Virus record (IMG/VR): IMGVR_UViG_3300020045_003757
Span: 1 to 36,662 of that record
From: a virus
Lineage: Duplodnaviria > Caudoviricetes
Direction: 5' to 3' (one strand)
Length of the DNA: 36,662 nucleotides
In this document: piece after piece, positions 34,487-36,662 of the stretch
How positions within the stretch are numbered: the first letter of the stretch is position 1
How the letters are laid out: the number at the start of each line of letters is the position of its first letter
Translations under genes and position numbers: made by a program
Notes under the pieces: model-generated
What the model saw: the letters and a program-made list of their open reading frames with translations, nothing else
Told to the model about the DNA's origin: nothing
The model's database searches: none

Positions 34487-35575
34487 ATGCCACAAAAAAG
34501 ATTGCCAGTATTTAAATTAGTAATTGACCAAGACGCTGAAGGTATGGACTTCATGGGTCTTGTAGATGCGCCTGCTCATGGTAAGACATGGGTAACGCTT
34601 AGTAAACTCCCTAAGAAGGTTGAGTTGAAACAGTACTTCAATGAAGAAAAGCGTATCGTTTCAGGTGTAGCCATTGCCACCGACTTACAAATTTACAGAC
34701 GGGATGAAAGTGGATTCGAGTACAACATTGTCTTTACAAAAAAAGATGTGCTTGATATTCTAAAGATGTTTTCTAAAAAGAAAATGTTCAACAATGTAAA
34801 CTTCATGCACGACATGGAGCGCATCGCTGAAGGAATTTATTTGATTGAAATGTCAATCATTCGTGATGACAAATCGAATATTCCAACAGAGTTTAAAGAC
34901 CAGAACTTGCAAGCAGGGTCTTTGATTTTTTCTTATTGGGCAGAGAGCGACACCGCTTGGAAGTTCATTAAAGAAAATGGCGCAGGGTTTTCAATTGAAG
35001 GATGGTTTAAAGAAGTCGAAGTTAAATTTCACAAACAAAAAAAAGCAATGAAAAAAAGTTTATTAGAACGTTTGGGATTCGGTAAAACTGAACCAACCAA
35101 ACACGTCTACGATAAGACGAAAAAAGATAAGTACGAATCAGCAGTAACTGTTGACGGTATCAATGTAACATGGGAAGGTGAACTAAAAAAAGGTACGCCT
35201 TTATTTGTAGTTCCTGCCGATGGCACTGACCCGTTACTAGCAAGCGGTGACCAAGAATACGCAATCGTAATGGAAGGCGTTACTTACGTGTGCAAAGTTG
35301 ACGAAGCAGGTTTGATTACAACAATCACTGAAGGCGAAGAAATGAAAGATGAAGAAACTGAAGACAAAGAAACTGAAGAGGCTTTATCAGCATTGAAAGC
35401 AGATTACGAAAAGAAAATCGCTGACTTAAAAGCAGAGCATGAAAGTAAATTTTCTGCCGTTGCAAAAGAAGTTGACGAAGTACGTGAGGCTTTTGAAAAG
35501 TTCGCAGAAAAAAAAGGAACTCCAAGAATCCCTAGCGGAACAAAACCAACTTGGAGAGACCAAAAGAAAAAATAA
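34487..35575 (+). CDS. Prohead protease (XkdF-like) fused to a scaffold domain
   Basis: GLVDAPA, KRIVSG, NFMH and GFSIEG motifs, then an acidic coiled-coil C-terminus. Directly upstream of the MCP. Confidence 0.85.
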   Translation: MPQKRLPVFKLVIDQDAEGMDFMGLVDAPAHGKTWVTLSKLPKKVELKQYFNEEKRIVSGVAIATDLQIYRRDESGFEYNIVFTKKDVLDILKMFSKKKMFNNVNFMHDMERIAEGIYLIEMSIIRDDKSNIPTEFKDQNLQAGSLIFSYWAESDTAWKFIKENGAGFSIEGWFKEVEVKFHKQKKAMKKSLLERLGFGKTEPTKHVYDKTKKDKYESAVTVDGINVTWEGELKKGTPLFVVPADGTDPLLASGDQEYAIVMEGVTYVCKVDEAGLITTITEGEEMKDEETEDKETEEALSALKADYEKKIADLKAEHESKFSAVAKEVDEVREAFEKFAEKKGTPRIPSGTKPTWRDQKKK

Positions 35576-35602
35576 TTATTTACAACATTAAAAAACGAAA
35601 TT

Positions 35603-36625
35603 ATGAAATTCGGAAATTTTGAAATTAAAAGAGGTAAGCTGTCCTTTTCAACAGCTAAAAAATTGGAGTTTGATTATGATATTTCAGACTTAGAAGATTA
35701 TGTAGACGAACAATCTCCTGAAATCATGGAAGACCTTATCGCTACATCTAACTTGAAATCTCGTATTTCAGTTATGAAAGATGTGAAAGGTTCTAAGTTG
35801 ATTAAACTTATTTCTTCTGAGCCATCTTTACAAGCGGCTTCTGCTTGCGGTTGGACTCCTGAAGGTGGTATGGTTTTGACTGATGTAACAATCTCAACTG
35901 TTCGTGTAAAAATTCAAGAGGAATATTGCAACGAAGATTTGAATGATACTTGGGCACAACTTGAAAACCGTGCAGGTGCAAATGACCAAGACACAACTGC
36001 TCCTGCTTTTGCAGACAGAATGATTGTGTACTACCAAGAGCGTGCAAACGAACTTGATGAAGACTTGATGATGAACGGTGATACTGCTTCAGTAAATCCA
36101 AACTTAGCGTTCTACGACGGGTTCTTGAAAAAATGGTTCAACGACGGAACTGTAAATGTTTATTACTCTTTAGAGACAGACATTGACGCTACTAACGCTT
36201 ATGACATTTTGAAAGCATTAGATACGGCAGTACCTACAATTGTTAAACGTAACAAAGCAAAAATCGGTTATGAGATTATTTGCGGACGTGAGACTGCACA
36301 GTTTGTATTAGACCAAGTTTGGAATGATAAAGATTACGCATCAAATTTATCTTTCACTGATAAAGATGGTGAGTTATCTTTTGTACTTCCTGCAACTACA
36401 ACTACTGTACGTTCACTTCCTTCTTTAGATGGAACTGATATTGTTTACGGTGTACCTTATAAATTTATGTTCTATGGAACTGATGTTGAAGGAGACATGA
36501 AAGGATTCCAATTTAAATACGATGAGACTGAAGAGTTGTTAAGATTCTCTGTTAAATGGAGAAGCGGAGTTCAACACGTTTACGGTAAATATTTCACAAG
36601 ATTAAGATTAACTCCTGCCTCTTAG
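35603..36625 (+). CDS. Major capsid protein
   Basis: 340 aa after the protease. QAASACGW, EEYCNEDL, GDTAS...FYDGFLK and FYGTD resemble Bacteroidota phage MCPs. Confidence 0.85.
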   Translation: MKFGNFEIKRGKLSFSTAKKLEFDYDISDLEDYVDEQSPEIMEDLIATSNLKSRISVMKDVKGSKLIKLISSEPSLQAASACGWTPEGGMVLTDVTISTVRVKIQEEYCNEDLNDTWAQLENRAGANDQDTTAPAFADRMIVYYQERANELDEDLMMNGDTASVNPNLAFYDGFLKKWFNDGTVNVYYSLETDIDATNAYDILKALDTAVPTIVKRNKAKIGYEIICGRETAQFVLDQVWNDKDYASNLSFTDKDGELSFVLPATTTTVRSLPSLDGTDIVYGVPYKFMFYGTDVEGDMKGFQFKYDETEELLRFSVKWRSGVQHVYGKYFTRLRLTPAS

Positions 36626-36662
36626 GTAGGGGTTAATTCCCTTTTATTCACTTTTAATAAGT

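Noticed and set aside
287-36101. Many antisense or nested ORFs in the track (e.g. 287-598, 13052-13483, 19489-19935, 33908-34429, 35808-36101)
   Set aside because: They lie inside longer genes with recognisable motifs and show no independent signals.
36626-36655. Terminator after the major capsid gene
   Set aside because: Only a short weak hairpin near the window edge, too little to call.
1-36662. Stop-codon reassignment
   Set aside because: Genes are intact and densely packed under the standard code, TAG and TGA terminate genes at coupled junctions, and no suppressor tRNA was seen.
1-36662. CRISPR array, DGR, retron or integrase module
   Set aside because: No spaced repeat array, reverse transcriptase, template/variable repeat pair or recombinase was recognised.

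Overview
This window is most of the genome of an AT-rich tailed dsDNA phage, probably infecting Bacteroidota. The host inference rests on TAnnTTTG-type promoters, AT-rich starts without Shine-Dalgarno sites and the protein family styles. The + strand opens with portal, head-tail, tail-fibre and lysis genes, a DnaQ/RNase-H-like exonuclease and a spanin-like pair (1-8226). A leftward early block follows (8218-14790: small ORFs, two tRNA-shaped RNAs, glucosaminidase, NinG, NinB-like, SSB-like). After a divergent promoter region comes a rightward block: replication genes, a sigma-like factor, TerS/TerL, a five-enzyme glycan-modification cassette, a -1 frameshifted tail chaperone, tail genes, tape measure, prohead protease/scaffold and major capsid. 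No integrase, repressor, polymerase, helicase, reverse transcriptase or CRISPR array is visible. The best candidates for novelty are: (1) the late-operon cassette of three glycosyltransferases, a methyltransferase and an N-acetyl-sugar amidotransferase; (2) two tandem tRNA-scaffold RNAs with insertions; (3) a repeated leader-RNA architecture in which a 5' segment is complementary to the loop of a downstream terminator-like hairpin; (4) a candidate phage late-promoter motif. All protein calls come from motif recognition and synteny, with no database search.
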